From: an uncultured Gemmatimonadales bacterium
GTDB lineage: Bacteria > Gemmatimonadota > Gemmatimonadetes > Longimicrobiales > RSA9
Assembly: GCA_963798845.1 (NCBI GenBank)
Contig: CAWCUS010000006.1
Location: forward strand, 1,056,001-1,120,000
DNA length: 64,000 bases
Direction of reading: 5' to 3'
Position 1 is the stretch's first letter; each line of letters starts with the position of its first letter. The translations under genes were made by a program, and so were the position numbers. Positions 1-9,309 of the stretch are shown piece after piece. The notes under the pieces are model-generated. The model saw only the letters and a list, made by a program, of their open reading frames with translations, had not been told where the DNA came from and ran no database searches.

Positions 1-1185
1 GCCGACGATCTCCGCCTCGCCGCGTCCACCCAGGTCGATGTGGGCCAGCGGGCGCTCCAGTCCCGCGGCCATGGCCGCCACCAGGGCGCTCTTGCCCACG
101 TCGGGCGGCCCGACGATGCACGGAATCGGCCCCCGCAGGTCGCCCCGGAGCCTCGCCACGGCCAGGTCGTCCAGAAGCCGCTCCTTGGGCTCCTCGAGCC
201 CGAGGAGCCGGTCGTCCAGGGCGGAGCGTACGGCCTCCAGCTCGATGCGCGATGGACCGTCGGTGGAGCACTCGTCCCATGGCATGTGCAGCAGCCAGTC
301 CACGTAGGCGCGGACCTCGTCCGATTCCCGGCTGGACGACCCCGCGGTGCGGAGTCGCTCCACCTCGTGGCGCGCGCGGCTGGCCACTCGCGCGGGAAGG
401 TGAGACGCCTCGATGCGCTGGAGCAGCTGCACCGTCTCGCGCTCCGCCGGGTCGATGCGCCCAAGCTGCGCTTCGAGCCGCTTGATCCGACGACGCAGGT
501 CGGCCGCCCGCTCCCGCGGCTTCCGCTCCACTTCCTCGTCCGACTCCGCGGGCTCCGAGACGCCGACCTTGCCCACGGCGTACTCGAGCTCACGGAGCAC
601 GAACCGCAGCCGCGAGTGGACGTTCAGCCGCTGCAGCACTTCGTCCTTTCCCGCCACGGTGAAGTGGGCCAGGGTGGCCACGAGGTCGGCGAAGCGACCG
701 GGCTTGCCCACGTTCATGCGCAGCACCGCCGGCACTTCCTCCGAGATCCGGTCGATCTCCGCCGCGAGGGTGTCCAGTGCGGTGAGGATGCGGGTGATGA
801 CTTCCTCCGCTTCCCCGGCGGCTGGCTCGGTCTCCCGGGCCTTCTCCACCGCGGCCATGAAGTAGCCGTCGCGGCGGTCGATGGTGCGGATGCGTACCCG
901 CCGCACGCCCTGGACCGTGGCCTGCACGGACCCGCCCGGCATGTACAGCCGGTCGGTGAGACGGGAGTGGACGCCGATCTTCATCAGCTTGGCGCGATCC
1001 ACTGCGTCGTCGGCGCCGCCGGGGTCCACGACGGTGACGACCTCGAGCGCATCATCCGGATGCGCCTCCAGCATCGCCAGGGTCTCTTCCATCCCGATCT
1101 GGACGGACATCGCCGCCGACGGGTAGACCACGGTGCTTCGGAGAGGCATCAACGGCAGCGTCTCGGTCCTCTTCTTCTGCGCCAT
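1..1185 (-). CDS. lon: Lon-family ATP-dependent protease, N-terminal part (3' end outside window); divergent paralog
   Basis: Not in the ORF track. Manual translation from ATG 1185: MAQKKRTETLPLMPLRSTVVYP (Lon N-domain), VRAYVDWLLHMPW, LDDRLLGLEEPKERLL, Walker A-like GPPDVGKS. Confidence 0.85.
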   Translation of the reverse strand, partial: MAQKKRTETLPLMPLRSTVVYPSAAMSVQIGMEETLAMLEAHPDDALEVVTVVDPGGADDAVDRAKLMKIGVHSRLTDRLYMPGGSVQATVQGVRRVRIRTIDRRDGYFMAAVEKARETEPAAGEAEEVITRILTALDTLAAEIDRISEEVPAVLRMNVGKPGRFADLVATLAHFTVAGKDEVLQRLNVHSRLRFVLRELEYAVGKVGVSEPAESDEEVERKPRERAADLRRRIKRLEAQLGRIDPAERETVQLLQRIEASHLPARVASRARHEVERLRTAGSSSRESDEVRAYVDWLLHMPWDECSTDGPSRIELEAVRSALDDRLLGLEEPKERLLDDLAVARLRGDLRGPIPCIVGPPDVGKSALVAAMAAGLERPLAHIDLGGRGEAEIVG

Positions 1186-1313
1186 GGATTCGCGGTTGGA
1201 AGGCGGGAGTTCGGGCCGCCCCGAGCGGTTGCACGTTCGGGACCGCGAGGGCCCGGAGCGGACAACACGATGAGGCGATAGGACGATAAGGCGCGGAGGG
1301 GGTGAGGCGATAG

Positions 1314-1348
1314 GGGGCAGGCGGTCGGGGCAGGCGGTCGGGGCAGGC
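1314..1348. repeat. Short tandem repeat, 13-bp unit GGGGCAGGCGGTC x ~2.7
   Basis: Directly visible in the intergenic region. Confidence 0.6.
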
Positions 1349-1351
1349 AGG

Positions 1352-2167
1352 TCAGAGGTGGAGGAGGGCGGCGGCGTTGTCGTGGAGGATGAGTCGCTCT
1401 GCCCGCGCGTCGAGGCCGAGGCGGCGGATGACGGCGACGTTGTGCTCCACGCTCTTCGGCATGGCTGGCCAGTCGCTTCCGAAGATGACCCGGGCCGCCA
1501 TTGACGCGAGACCCGGGAAGTGCTCCGGGAGACGGGCGGGGACGAGGCCGGTGACGTCGATGTAGACGCGCTCGTGCTCGCCCACGAGCCGGGCGCACTC
1601 GTCGTACCAGTGGCCGCGGCCGCCGTGCGCCATGACGATCGGAAGCTGCGGGAAGTCGCGGGCCACCGGCTCCAGGTGTACAGGGTTGCAGAACTCGAGC
1701 TCGGTGCCGGGGATCACCGAGCTGCCCACGTGGAGGAGGAGCGGGATCCCGGCCTCGGCGCAGGCTTCGTAAATCGGGTACACGCGTCGCTCGTCCGGGC
1801 GAAAGAACTGGTAGGAAGGGTACAGCTTCAGTCCCCGCGCCCCGGCGGCGATGTAGACGCGCAGGAGCGCGGCGGGGTCCGGATCCAGGTTCGGGTTCAC
1901 GCACGCGAACGGCACGTAGAAGTCCGGCGCGGCGGCGGCGAACCGGAGGACGGTCTCGGTGCGCACGTCGCCGGACGTCTCGCGGCAGTGCTCCGGGAGA
2001 ACCACGGCTCGTTGGACGCCCTGCGAGCGGAGCACCATGGCGGCGAAGGAAGGGTCGGACAGCCGCTCCCCGTGCTCGGCCACGGCGGGGGAGGTGTGGC
2101 GGATGAAGGCCTCCGTCGCCGGGTTCAGGAAGCGTGGGAGCCACGGGTGGGTGTGGAAGTCGATCAA
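1352..2167 (-). CDS. Amidohydrolase family protein (Amidohydro_2 type)
   Basis: IDFHTH metal motif, GLKLYP, AHGG, FGSDWP, ILHDNA. Confidence 0.85.
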   Translation of the reverse strand: MIDFHTHPWLPRFLNPATEAFIRHTSPAVAEHGERLSDPSFAAMVLRSQGVQRAVVLPEHCRETSGDVRTETVLRFAAAAPDFYVPFACVNPNLDPDPAALLRVYIAAGARGLKLYPSYQFFRPDERRVYPIYEACAEAGIPLLLHVGSSVIPGTELEFCNPVHLEPVARDFPQLPIVMAHGGRGHWYDECARLVGEHERVYIDVTGLVPARLPEHFPGLASMAARVIFGSDWPAMPKSVEHNVAVIRRLGLDARAERLILHDNAAALLHL

Positions 2168-2182
2168 GGCGCCAGCGCGGGC

Positions 2183-2611
2183 TCAGGCGAGCCGGGCGGA
2201 GTCGATGCCTCGGCCGCGGACGCGCTCGAGCTCGTGGTCGAGGGCCCTGAAGTAGCGGCGGAGGCGGCGAGCGCTGGCGCCCAGGTCGGCGCGGCCGCTC
2301 TCGGCGGCGGCGAGGGCATCGACACGGGTCTGGGCGTCCATGTCCAGCGTGATGCGGATGGTCACGGTGCTGTCGAAGCGGCTCAGGCGGCCGTGGACGC
2401 GGCCACGGATGATGCCATCCTCATCGTCCGATTGCACGAGCTTCCAGCCGCGCAGACCGCCGGCCACCAGGGTCATGGACGCGCGCCAGACCGCTTCGAA
2501 CGGGATGGCGTAGGTGCGGCCGCGCAGGTGCGGCTCTTCGGAGGTGGGGTCTGTGAAGGCCACGTTTCGGGTCATGTCGACCCATAGCGAGTGGAGGGAC
2601 CCGGGCTTCAC
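2183..2611 (-). CDS. DUF1499-like hypothetical protein
   Basis: LRGRTY and GRADLGASARRLRRYFRALD resemble DUF1499; stop/start overlap with upstream gene. Confidence 0.6.
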   Translation of the reverse strand: MKPGSLHSLWVDMTRNVAFTDPTSEEPHLRGRTYAIPFEAVWRASMTLVAGGLRGWKLVQSDDEDGIIRGRVHGRLSRFDSTVTIRITLDMDAQTRVDALAAAESGRADLGASARRLRRYFRALDHELERVRGRGIDSARLA

Positions 2612-3345
2612 GTCCCTAGGCGGAAGCGGATGCTCACGCTGGCCTGGATCTCCATCTCCCCCGGCTGCACCGGCGGCGCGAACTTGCCCGCGGCGTTCAT
2701 CCGGGCCGCCTCCATGGGCATGGGCATGGCCGGCGGCGAGAATCCGCCGGTGGACACCTCGATCGGCGGTCCGAGCGTCTCGTCGAGCGCGTCCGCGACG
2801 GTGCGGGCCTCATCTTTCGCACGGGCGATGGCGGCGCGCAGCGCCTCCTGGTACGCCGAATCGGCGTCGGACACTTCGAAGCGGATCCCGGTGACACGGT
2901 TCGCGCCCGCGGAGACGGCGGCGTCGATGAGCGGGCCCAGCCGGGCGAGGTCGTCCAGGCGAACGCTCACCTGGTTCGTGGCCTGGTAGCCGGTGATGGT
3001 CGGTTCGCTCGCCTGCGGCCGGTTGTCGTAGCGCGGCGCGAGCTCCACGCGCCGGGTGCGGATGGCCCGCTCGGGTACTCCCAGGTCGCGAACGGCGGCC
3101 AGCACCGCCTGCATGGCCCGGGAGTTTTCGTCCGTGGCGTCGCGCGCGGTGCGTGCGGTCGTCTCCACGGCGAGATCCACGGCGGCGCGGTCGGGCACGC
3201 GGGTCACGGATGCCTGGGCGTTGACCTGGACGGCCCGCGGGGCGGCGGCCGCCCCCCCGGGGGCTTCCTGCGCCGAGCCGGGCGTGGGGAGCGAAGTGCA
3301 GCCGGCGAGGGCGGTAGCGACGATAATCGTGACAGTTCTCATCAT
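2608..3345 (-). CDS. SIMPL domain (DUF541) periplasmic/lipoprotein
   Basis: Lipobox-like LAGC; PDRAAVDLAVET, GYQATNQVSV, GANRVTGIRF; start moved to ATG 3345. Confidence 0.85.
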   Translation of the reverse strand: MMRTVTIIVATALAGCTSLPTPGSAQEAPGGAAAAPRAVQVNAQASVTRVPDRAAVDLAVETTARTARDATDENSRAMQAVLAAVRDLGVPERAIRTRRVELAPRYDNRPQASEPTITGYQATNQVSVRLDDLARLGPLIDAAVSAGANRVTGIRFEVSDADSAYQEALRAAIARAKDEARTVADALDETLGPPIEVSTGGFSPPAMPMPMEAARMNAAGKFAPPVQPGEMEIQASVSIRFRLGT

Positions 3346-3391
3346 GGCGAAGAAGATAGAAGCGAGGCCTGGCGCGCGCGAGGATCCTGCG

Positions 3392-3421
3392 TTGACGCTT
3401 CCGGCATGCCGCGGGTATTCT
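3392..3421 (+). promoter_or_regulatory. Putative sigma70 promoter TTGACG-N18-TATTCT
   Basis: Near-consensus hexamers ~70 bp upstream of the nucleotidyltransferase start. Confidence 0.5.
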
Positions 3422-3491
3422 GGCGCGCGGGGGTACCGTGCTTGCGTGCCGCGCAACCACCGTACCGGAAGAACCCGAGAGAGGAGAACAG

Positions 3492-4481
3492 GTGAAGGTC
3501 GTCATTCCGTTGGCAGGCAGGGGGACTCGCCTGCGTCCGCACACGTATGCCACGCCGAAGCCTCTCGTCCGGGTCGGGGGACGGCCGGTGATGAGCTACA
3601 TCCTGGATGACCTGAAGGCGCTCGGCGTGGAGGAGATCGTCTTCATCACCGGCTACCTCAAGGAGCACATCGAGGCGTACATCGGCGAGGAATACCCGGA
3701 GTTCACGGCCCACTACGTCGAGCAGAAGGTGCAGGACGGGACCGCGGGCGCCGTCAAGCTGGCGGAGCCATACGTCGACGAGGACGTGCTCATCATCTTC
3801 GTGGACACGCTGTTCGACGCCGACCTGACCATCATCCGCGATTTGCCGGAGGACGAGGCCGGCGTGATCTGGGCGAAGGAAGTGGAGGACTACCAGCGCT
3901 TCGGGGTCATCGTGACGGACGGGGACGGGTACATGAAGCGGATCATCGAAAAGCCGAAGGATCCCGTCTCGAAGCTGGCCAACATCGGCCTCTACTACAT
4001 CCGTGACTGGCAGCTGCTTTTCGAGGGCGTACGGGACACGCTCAAGCACACCCTCGGCCCGGGCGGGGAGTACTTCCTGACCGACGCGTTCCAGTACATG
4101 ATCGACAACGGCGCCAAGATCCGCACCGCCGAAGTGGAGGGGTGGTACGACTGCGGAAAGCCGGACACCCTCATCCAGACCAACCGCCACCTGCTCGAGA
4201 CCAGCCGCGGCCGTTCGCCCGTGGGCGCGGTGTCCACGAAGGTGGAGGGGCCGGTGCGCGTGGAGGAGGGCGTGGCGCTGAGGCACTCCCGGATCGGGCC
4301 GAACGTCACCCTCGAGGAAGGAGCGCGGATCTCGAGCTCCACGCTACGCGATTGCATCATCGGGAAGGACGCGGTCGTGGAGCAGTGCGAGCTGCACGAC
4401 AGCATCGTGGGCGACCGCGCGGTGGTGCACGGCGTGACCGGGAGCGTCAACGTCGCGCCCGACTCCGACATCCGGGCGTAG
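3492..4481 (+). CDS. Sugar-phosphate nucleotidyltransferase (glucose-1-phosphate thymidylyltransferase-like, long form)
   Basis: VIPLAGRGTRLRPHT..PKPL, EKP, WYDCG, C-terminal hexapeptide repeats; GTG start after GAGGAG. Confidence 0.9.
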   Translation: MKVVIPLAGRGTRLRPHTYATPKPLVRVGGRPVMSYILDDLKALGVEEIVFITGYLKEHIEAYIGEEYPEFTAHYVEQKVQDGTAGAVKLAEPYVDEDVLIIFVDTLFDADLTIIRDLPEDEAGVIWAKEVEDYQRFGVIVTDGDGYMKRIIEKPKDPVSKLANIGLYYIRDWQLLFEGVRDTLKHTLGPGGEYFLTDAFQYMIDNGAKIRTAEVEGWYDCGKPDTLIQTNRHLLETSRGRSPVGAVSTKVEGPVRVEEGVALRHSRIGPNVTLEEGARISSSTLRDCIIGKDAVVEQCELHDSIVGDRAVVHGVTGSVNVAPDSDIRA

Positions 4482-4632
4482 AGATTCGCTCGCGGCCGGT
4501 GGCCGTCGGGGGGGCCTTTGACAGGGGGCCCGGACCGTCGACATCTTCCGCTTCCCAGCACCGCCCGCGAGCAGGCCCGCGCGTTGACGCCTAGATGCAG
4601 CAGCCTCCTCACCCCGAAGCCAAGGCATCTCC

Positions 4633-5883
4633 ATGGACGAGCGCGAACTCATCCACGACTGGAACACCGTCGGCGACGCGTTCGACTACCGTGGACTCCG
4701 ACCGGTCGAGCTGGATGACGAGACGCTCCGCGACGGGCTCCAGTCGCCTTCCGTCCGAGACCCCACCATCGAGGACAAGATCCGTATCCTCCACCTGATG
4801 GAGGCGGTGGGGATCCACTGCGCGGACATCGGGCTCCCCGGCGCCGGGCCACGGGCGGTGGCGGACGTGCGGGCGCTGGCGGCGGAAATCGCCGGCGCGG
4901 GCATGGCCATCCGCCCGAACTGCGCGGCGAGGACCGTGCGCGCCGACATCGAGCCGATCGCCCGCATCGTGCAGGAGACGGGAATCCCGATCGAGGCGTG
5001 CACGTTCATCGGCTCGTCTCCGATCCGGCAGTACGCCGAGGAGTGGACCCTCGACCGGATGCTGCGCGTGACGGAGGATGCGGTCCGCTACGCCGTGTCC
5101 GAGGGACTGTCGGTCATGTACGTCACGGAGGACACCACGCGGGCGAGGCCGGACACGCTGAAGGCGCTGTACCGCACCGCGATCGAGCACGGCGCCCGCC
5201 GCATCTGCCTGGCCGACACCGTGGGGCACGCCACGCCGAACGGCGTGCGCCAGCTGGTGCGCTTCGTCCGATCCGAGATCGTCGAGCCCAGCGGTGAAGA
5301 TGTGAAGGTGGACTTCCACGGCCACCGCGATCGCGGCCTGGGCGTGCCCAACGCCCTCGCGGCGATCGAGGAGGGGGTGGACCGGGTCCACGGCACCGCG
5401 CTCGGGGTCGGGGAGCGGGTGGGGAACACGGAGATGGACCTGCTGCTGGTCAACCTGAAGCTGCTCGGGCTGCACGACTACGACCTCTCGCGCCTGGGGG
5501 AGTACTGCGCGGCTGTCGCCGATGCCACGGGTGTTCCGCTCCCGGCCAACTACCCGGTGATCGGGGAGGACGCCTTCCGGACGGGCACCGGCGTTCACGC
5601 CGCGGCCATCATCAAGGCGCGCAAGAAGGGCGACGACTGGCTCGCCGACCGCGTCTACTCCGGTGTCCCGGCCGGCTTCTTCGGGCGGCACCAGCGGATC
5701 GAGATCAGCCACATGAGCGGGATGTCGAACGTGCGCTACTGGCTCGCGGAGCACGGCTACGACGCCGAGGACGAGGCGCTCTGCCGGCGTGTCTTCGAGC
5801 TGGCGAAGAGCGTAGGACACACGCTCTCGGCGGAGGAGGTGGCGGCGTGCTGCGGCGTGCCCGCCGTTGAAAGGGAGGCGTGA
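4633..5883 (+). CDS. LeuA-family (DRE-TIM) acyltransferase without C-terminal regulatory domain
   Basis: DETLRDGLQ, LADTVG, HGHRDRG, GVGERVGN; 416 aa. Confidence 0.85.
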   Translation: MDERELIHDWNTVGDAFDYRGLRPVELDDETLRDGLQSPSVRDPTIEDKIRILHLMEAVGIHCADIGLPGAGPRAVADVRALAAEIAGAGMAIRPNCAARTVRADIEPIARIVQETGIPIEACTFIGSSPIRQYAEEWTLDRMLRVTEDAVRYAVSEGLSVMYVTEDTTRARPDTLKALYRTAIEHGARRICLADTVGHATPNGVRQLVRFVRSEIVEPSGEDVKVDFHGHRDRGLGVPNALAAIEEGVDRVHGTALGVGERVGNTEMDLLLVNLKLLGLHDYDLSRLGEYCAAVADATGVPLPANYPVIGEDAFRTGTGVHAAAIIKARKKGDDWLADRVYSGVPAGFFGRHQRIEISHMSGMSNVRYWLAEHGYDAEDEALCRRVFELAKSVGHTLSAEEVAACCGVPAVEREA

Positions 5884-6851
5884 TGCGGGCCATACGGGTG
5901 GAGGCGGTGGGTGGCCCGGAGGTGCTCGGAATCCAGGACATCGCGGTCCCGGAGCCGGGTCCGGGAGAGGCGCGCGTGCGGGTGCAGCTGGCCGGGGTCA
6001 ACTTCGTCGACGTCTACCACCGCACCGGCCTCTACCGCCGTGACCTGCCGTTCACTCCCGGACAGGAGGGGGCCGGCGTGGTGGACGCGGTCGGAGAGGG
6101 GGTGGGCGGCGTCGCCACGGGCGACCGCGTCGTCTGGGCCATGGCCGGAGGCTCGTACGCGGAAGCCGCGGTGGTGCCGGCGTGGAAGCTGGCGCGGGTG
6201 CCGGACGGAATGGCGATGGAGGACGCGGCCGCCGTGCTGCTCCAGGGGATGACCGCGCACTACCTGGTCAACAGCACCTACGCACTCGGGGAGGGGGACG
6301 TGGCAGTGGTCCACGCGGCCGCGGGCGGCGTGGGGCTCCTGCTGGTCCAGATGGCGAAGGAGAAGCGGGCCACCGTGATCGCCACGTGCTCGACCGAGGA
6401 GAAGGCGGCACGCGTCCTCGACCGCGGCGCCGATCATGTCGTGCGCTACACCGAAGAGCCGTTCCAGCCGGCGGTGATGCGGCTCACCCAGGGGCGCGGC
6501 GCGACCGTGGTCTACGACTCCGTCGGGCGCACGACGTTCCGCGACAGCTTGCGATCGCTGCGCCCCCGTGGCTACCTGGTCCTGTTCGGGCAGTCCAGCG
6601 GAAGGGTGGAGCCGCTGGACCCGGCCATGCTGGCTTCAGGAGGGTCGCTGTTCCTGACCCGCCCGGCGCTCGCGGACTACACGCGGGACAGCGCGGAGGT
6701 GAATTGGCGGGCTGGAGACGTGCTGGACGCGGTGGCGAGGGGCGCGCTGCGGGTCCGGATCGACGATGTCCTCCCCCTCGACGAGGCGGGGGCCGCCCAC
6801 CGGCGACTGGAGGCGAGGCAGACTTCAGGAAAGCTGCTGCTGCGCGTGTAG
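5880..6851 (+). CDS. qor: NADPH:quinone oxidoreductase (MDR family)
   Basis: GVNFVDVYHRTGLY, HAAAGGVG, YDSVG, FGQSSG, SLFLTRP, TSGKLLL. Confidence 0.9.
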   Translation: MMRAIRVEAVGGPEVLGIQDIAVPEPGPGEARVRVQLAGVNFVDVYHRTGLYRRDLPFTPGQEGAGVVDAVGEGVGGVATGDRVVWAMAGGSYAEAAVVPAWKLARVPDGMAMEDAAAVLLQGMTAHYLVNSTYALGEGDVAVVHAAAGGVGLLLVQMAKEKRATVIATCSTEEKAARVLDRGADHVVRYTEEPFQPAVMRLTQGRGATVVYDSVGRTTFRDSLRSLRPRGYLVLFGQSSGRVEPLDPAMLASGGSLFLTRPALADYTRDSAEVNWRAGDVLDAVARGALRVRIDDVLPLDEAGAAHRRLEARQTSGKLLLRV

Positions 6852-6927
6852 CCACGGCGATAGGTCGCATCCCGCCGCGGCGCGAGGGTCACGTCTCCGC
6901 GATCGGGCGGGTGGCGGGAGGGCTGCG

Positions 6928-7443
6928 CTATCCGCCGTGCGACGCCGAGGCCGCCGCGCCCCCGTGCGCCTGACCGCCCTCACCGTTCATGGCAGCGCTG
7001 TCCTCGCGTGCGCCAGTGCCGACCCCTCTCGTCCCCGCGCTGTCCTCCCGCTCCAGGCGCCGCGCCCGCGCCGCGGCTTCCCGCTGCTGCAGCAGCCGCT
7101 CGTAATCGGCGCGTTGAGCTGGCGTCAGTACATCCATGATCTCTGCGCGCGCTGAGTCGGAGATGGCGTCGAGCCGGGGCGCTGCCTCCTGCCAGAGCGC
7201 CCTCATGCGGGTGGCCCTGCGGTCGAGGATGGCGTCGATGGCCTGGTGCTGCTCGGCAGACAGGTCGACCTGGTCGATGACGTAGCGGCGGTGCCCGTCG
7301 TCACGGCGACCGGCCCGTCCGACGCCGTCCGGCGACATGGCGAAGCGATCGATCGCCGCGCCCGCCAGGAGGCCGGTGACGAAGACCACGAGGAGGAGGC
7401 CGAGACCGACCAGTCGTCGGCTGCGCGCCGGGTCGCCGTTCAC
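6928..7443 (-). CDS. Membrane-anchored Spy/CpxP-like periplasmic protein
   Basis: N-terminal TM segment; LSAEQ and VLTPAQ motifs; third gene of ECF operon. Confidence 0.55.
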   Translation of the reverse strand: MNGDPARSRRLVGLGLLLVVFVTGLLAGAAIDRFAMSPDGVGRAGRRDDGHRRYVIDQVDLSAEQHQAIDAILDRRATRMRALWQEAAPRLDAISDSARAEIMDVLTPAQRADYERLLQQREAAARARRLEREDSAGTRGVGTGAREDSAAMNGEGGQAHGGAAASASHGG

Positions 7444-7796
7444 GGGCGGCGCTCCATGGCCAGGACGAGATCGGCACGCGTGGGAGCGCGACCCTCGGAC
7501 AGCCAGTCCGCCGCGGGGGCCGGGACGCCGAGCGCTTCGGCCACCGAGCCCAACGTCGGCTCGGCCGCACGACCGGCCATCTGGAACATGGCGCCGGCCG
7601 CCATGGCGGCCACGATCGCGGCGGCGGCGAGGGCGGGGCGGGCCCAGCCGGCAACGGCGGCCAGCGGCGTGTTGGAGGCCGCGCGGCGGGCGAGCTCGGG
7701 GGCGGCCACATCCAGGATGCGTTGGACGAGCCGCTCGTAGCCGAGCTGATCCCGCGTGGGATCGAGCGACGACAGGTCGAGCCGTTGCGGTTCCAT
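7440..7796 (-). CDS. Putative anti-sigma factor (single TM)
   Basis: Directly downstream of ECF sigma; central hydrophobic segment. Confidence 0.55.
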   Translation of the reverse strand: MEPQRLDLSSLDPTRDQLGYERLVQRILDVAAPELARRAASNTPLAAVAGWARPALAAAAIVAAMAAGAMFQMAGRAAEPTLGSVAEALGVPAPAADWLSEGRAPTRADLVLAMERRP

Positions 7797-7800
7797 ACCT

Positions 7801-8349
7801 CTAGTCCTCCATCGAGCGTCGAAGCGCTTCGTTGTCTCTCAACGTGCGGCGCGCGTGAAACAGGTGCGCGCGCACGGTCCCCTCCGGCAGCTCCAGGAGA
7901 TCACCGATCTCCCGGTGCTTCCACCCCTCCAGGTCGTGCAGCAGCACCACCTGGCGCTGGACCTCCGTCAGCTCGGCCAGCGCCGTGAGGAGGTCGCCCC
8001 GGAGCTGCGACCGCTCCGTCTCCCGTTCCGGCCCGGGGTCCCGAGACGACGGCGACACCGCCTCCAGCGGCGCCGCCTCGCGCACGCCCAGGTAACGGCG
8101 AACGCTGTGCGCTCGGTTGCGGACGATGCGCAGCAGCCAGGACGAGAACCGGTCCGGGTCGCGGCAGTCCTCCAGGCGCTCCAGCGCACGAATGAACGCG
8201 TCCTGCACCACGTCCTCCGCGTCGGCCGGCTCCTTCACCACCGCCAGCGCCACCGCGTGGGCCGTGCGGGCGTACTGCCGCACCAGCGCCTCGAACGCGA
8301 CGCCATCACCCCGGAGGGTGCGGGCCACCAGCTCCGCATCCCCCGTCAT
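7801..8349 (-). CDS. ECF RNA polymerase sigma factor
   Basis: AFEALVRQY, AEDVVQDAF, FSSWLLRIVRN, HREIGDLLELPEGTVRAHLFHAR; start ATG 8349. Confidence 0.9.
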   Translation of the reverse strand: MTGDAELVARTLRGDGVAFEALVRQYARTAHAVALAVVKEPADAEDVVQDAFIRALERLEDCRDPDRFSSWLLRIVRNRAHSVRRYLGVREAAPLEAVSPSSRDPGPERETERSQLRGDLLTALAELTEVQRQVVLLHDLEGWKHREIGDLLELPEGTVRAHLFHARRTLRDNEALRRSMED

Positions 8350-8489
8350 GCCTTCACGACGCACGGGGGACACAGAACGTTGCGGCCGGAGTGGCACCCG
8401 GGCGGGATCAGGAGCAGGTCGTGAAGGCTGCGCATAGCAGTGGTGAATGTAACGGAGTCGCCAGAGTTCTGGTCTCCAAGCCAGGCAGC

Positions 8490-9197
8490 TCAGAAGTCGT
8501 TGGCGTAGCTGATGAACTCGTAGAGGCCACCGCGCTCGATGATCGTGCCGAAGAGACGCAGCTCCTGCGGCTCCCCACCATCTGCCGCGATGGTGACGAC
8601 GCACCCGGTCCACAGCCGGTTGTCCCCCTCGATCCCGGGCTCGGGATCACAGCGATAGCCGCGGAAGTCGAGCTTCCGGCCACCGAGCTCGCGCAGCGCG
8701 CGCAGCACGCCCTTTCGATTGCTCTCCCGCGTCTGCATCCAGGCGAGGCCGGGCGGCAGCTCGTAGGGCGGTCGGGCGAGGGTGGCGTACGGGTAGTAGA
8801 GCCACGCGAACTCGGCCCGGTCCAGCGCCATGGCCTCGAACGCCATCGTGTCGCTGGATTCGAGGGCGTCGATGACGCGTGACACCAGCGTGTCCCGGTC
8901 CGTGATGGTGCTGTGGAGCGAAGACGGGCGCGCGAGGCCCTGCCGGAAGCGCTCGAACGCCACGTCCATCGGCACGACGCTGTCCACCACGGCCACAGGC
9001 GCGGCGTCGGCCGCGGCCTCGTGCTCGCCGGTGTCGCCGCAGCCAGAGGCGGCGAACGGGAGGGCGGCCATGGCGGTCGCCGTGGCCAGCCGGAGAGCGC
9101 GGGTCCGCGGCGGCGTGGCGCGGCGGCAGGCGCGAGTCGGCCTGCGCCCCGGTGCCGCCAAGGCTGGCGGTCGCGAGTTCGGTGTGGTGATGCTCAT
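8490..9197 (-). CDS. Hypothetical lipoprotein
   Basis: Hydrophobic stretch plus ASGC; typical composition; start uncertain. Confidence 0.6.
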   Translation of the reverse strand: MSITTPNSRPPALAAPGRRPTRACRRATPPRTRALRLATATAMAALPFAASGCGDTGEHEAAADAAPVAVVDSVVPMDVAFERFRQGLARPSSLHSTITDRDTLVSRVIDALESSDTMAFEAMALDRAEFAWLYYPYATLARPPYELPPGLAWMQTRESNRKGVLRALRELGGRKLDFRGYRCDPEPGIEGDNRLWTGCVVTIAADGGEPQELRLFGTIIERGGLYEFISYANDF

Positions 9198-9309
9198 GAT
9201 CGTGGTTCGTGGACCGGCAAGATCGTGCGTCGAGGCCGACGCAGGCAAGCCGAGCGGCCGGAGCCTGGATGGCCCCGGCCGCCGTAGTCGGCCTGTCCTG
9301 CGGGAAGGG

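Noticed and set aside
40..1281. Long shadow ORFs (40-1281 +, also 8830-11103 +, 11366-14029 -, 21558-24689 -, 50826-52973 +, 55813-58725 +)
   Set aside because: Antisense or off-frame to well-supported genes; expected in high-GC DNA; no recognisable motifs
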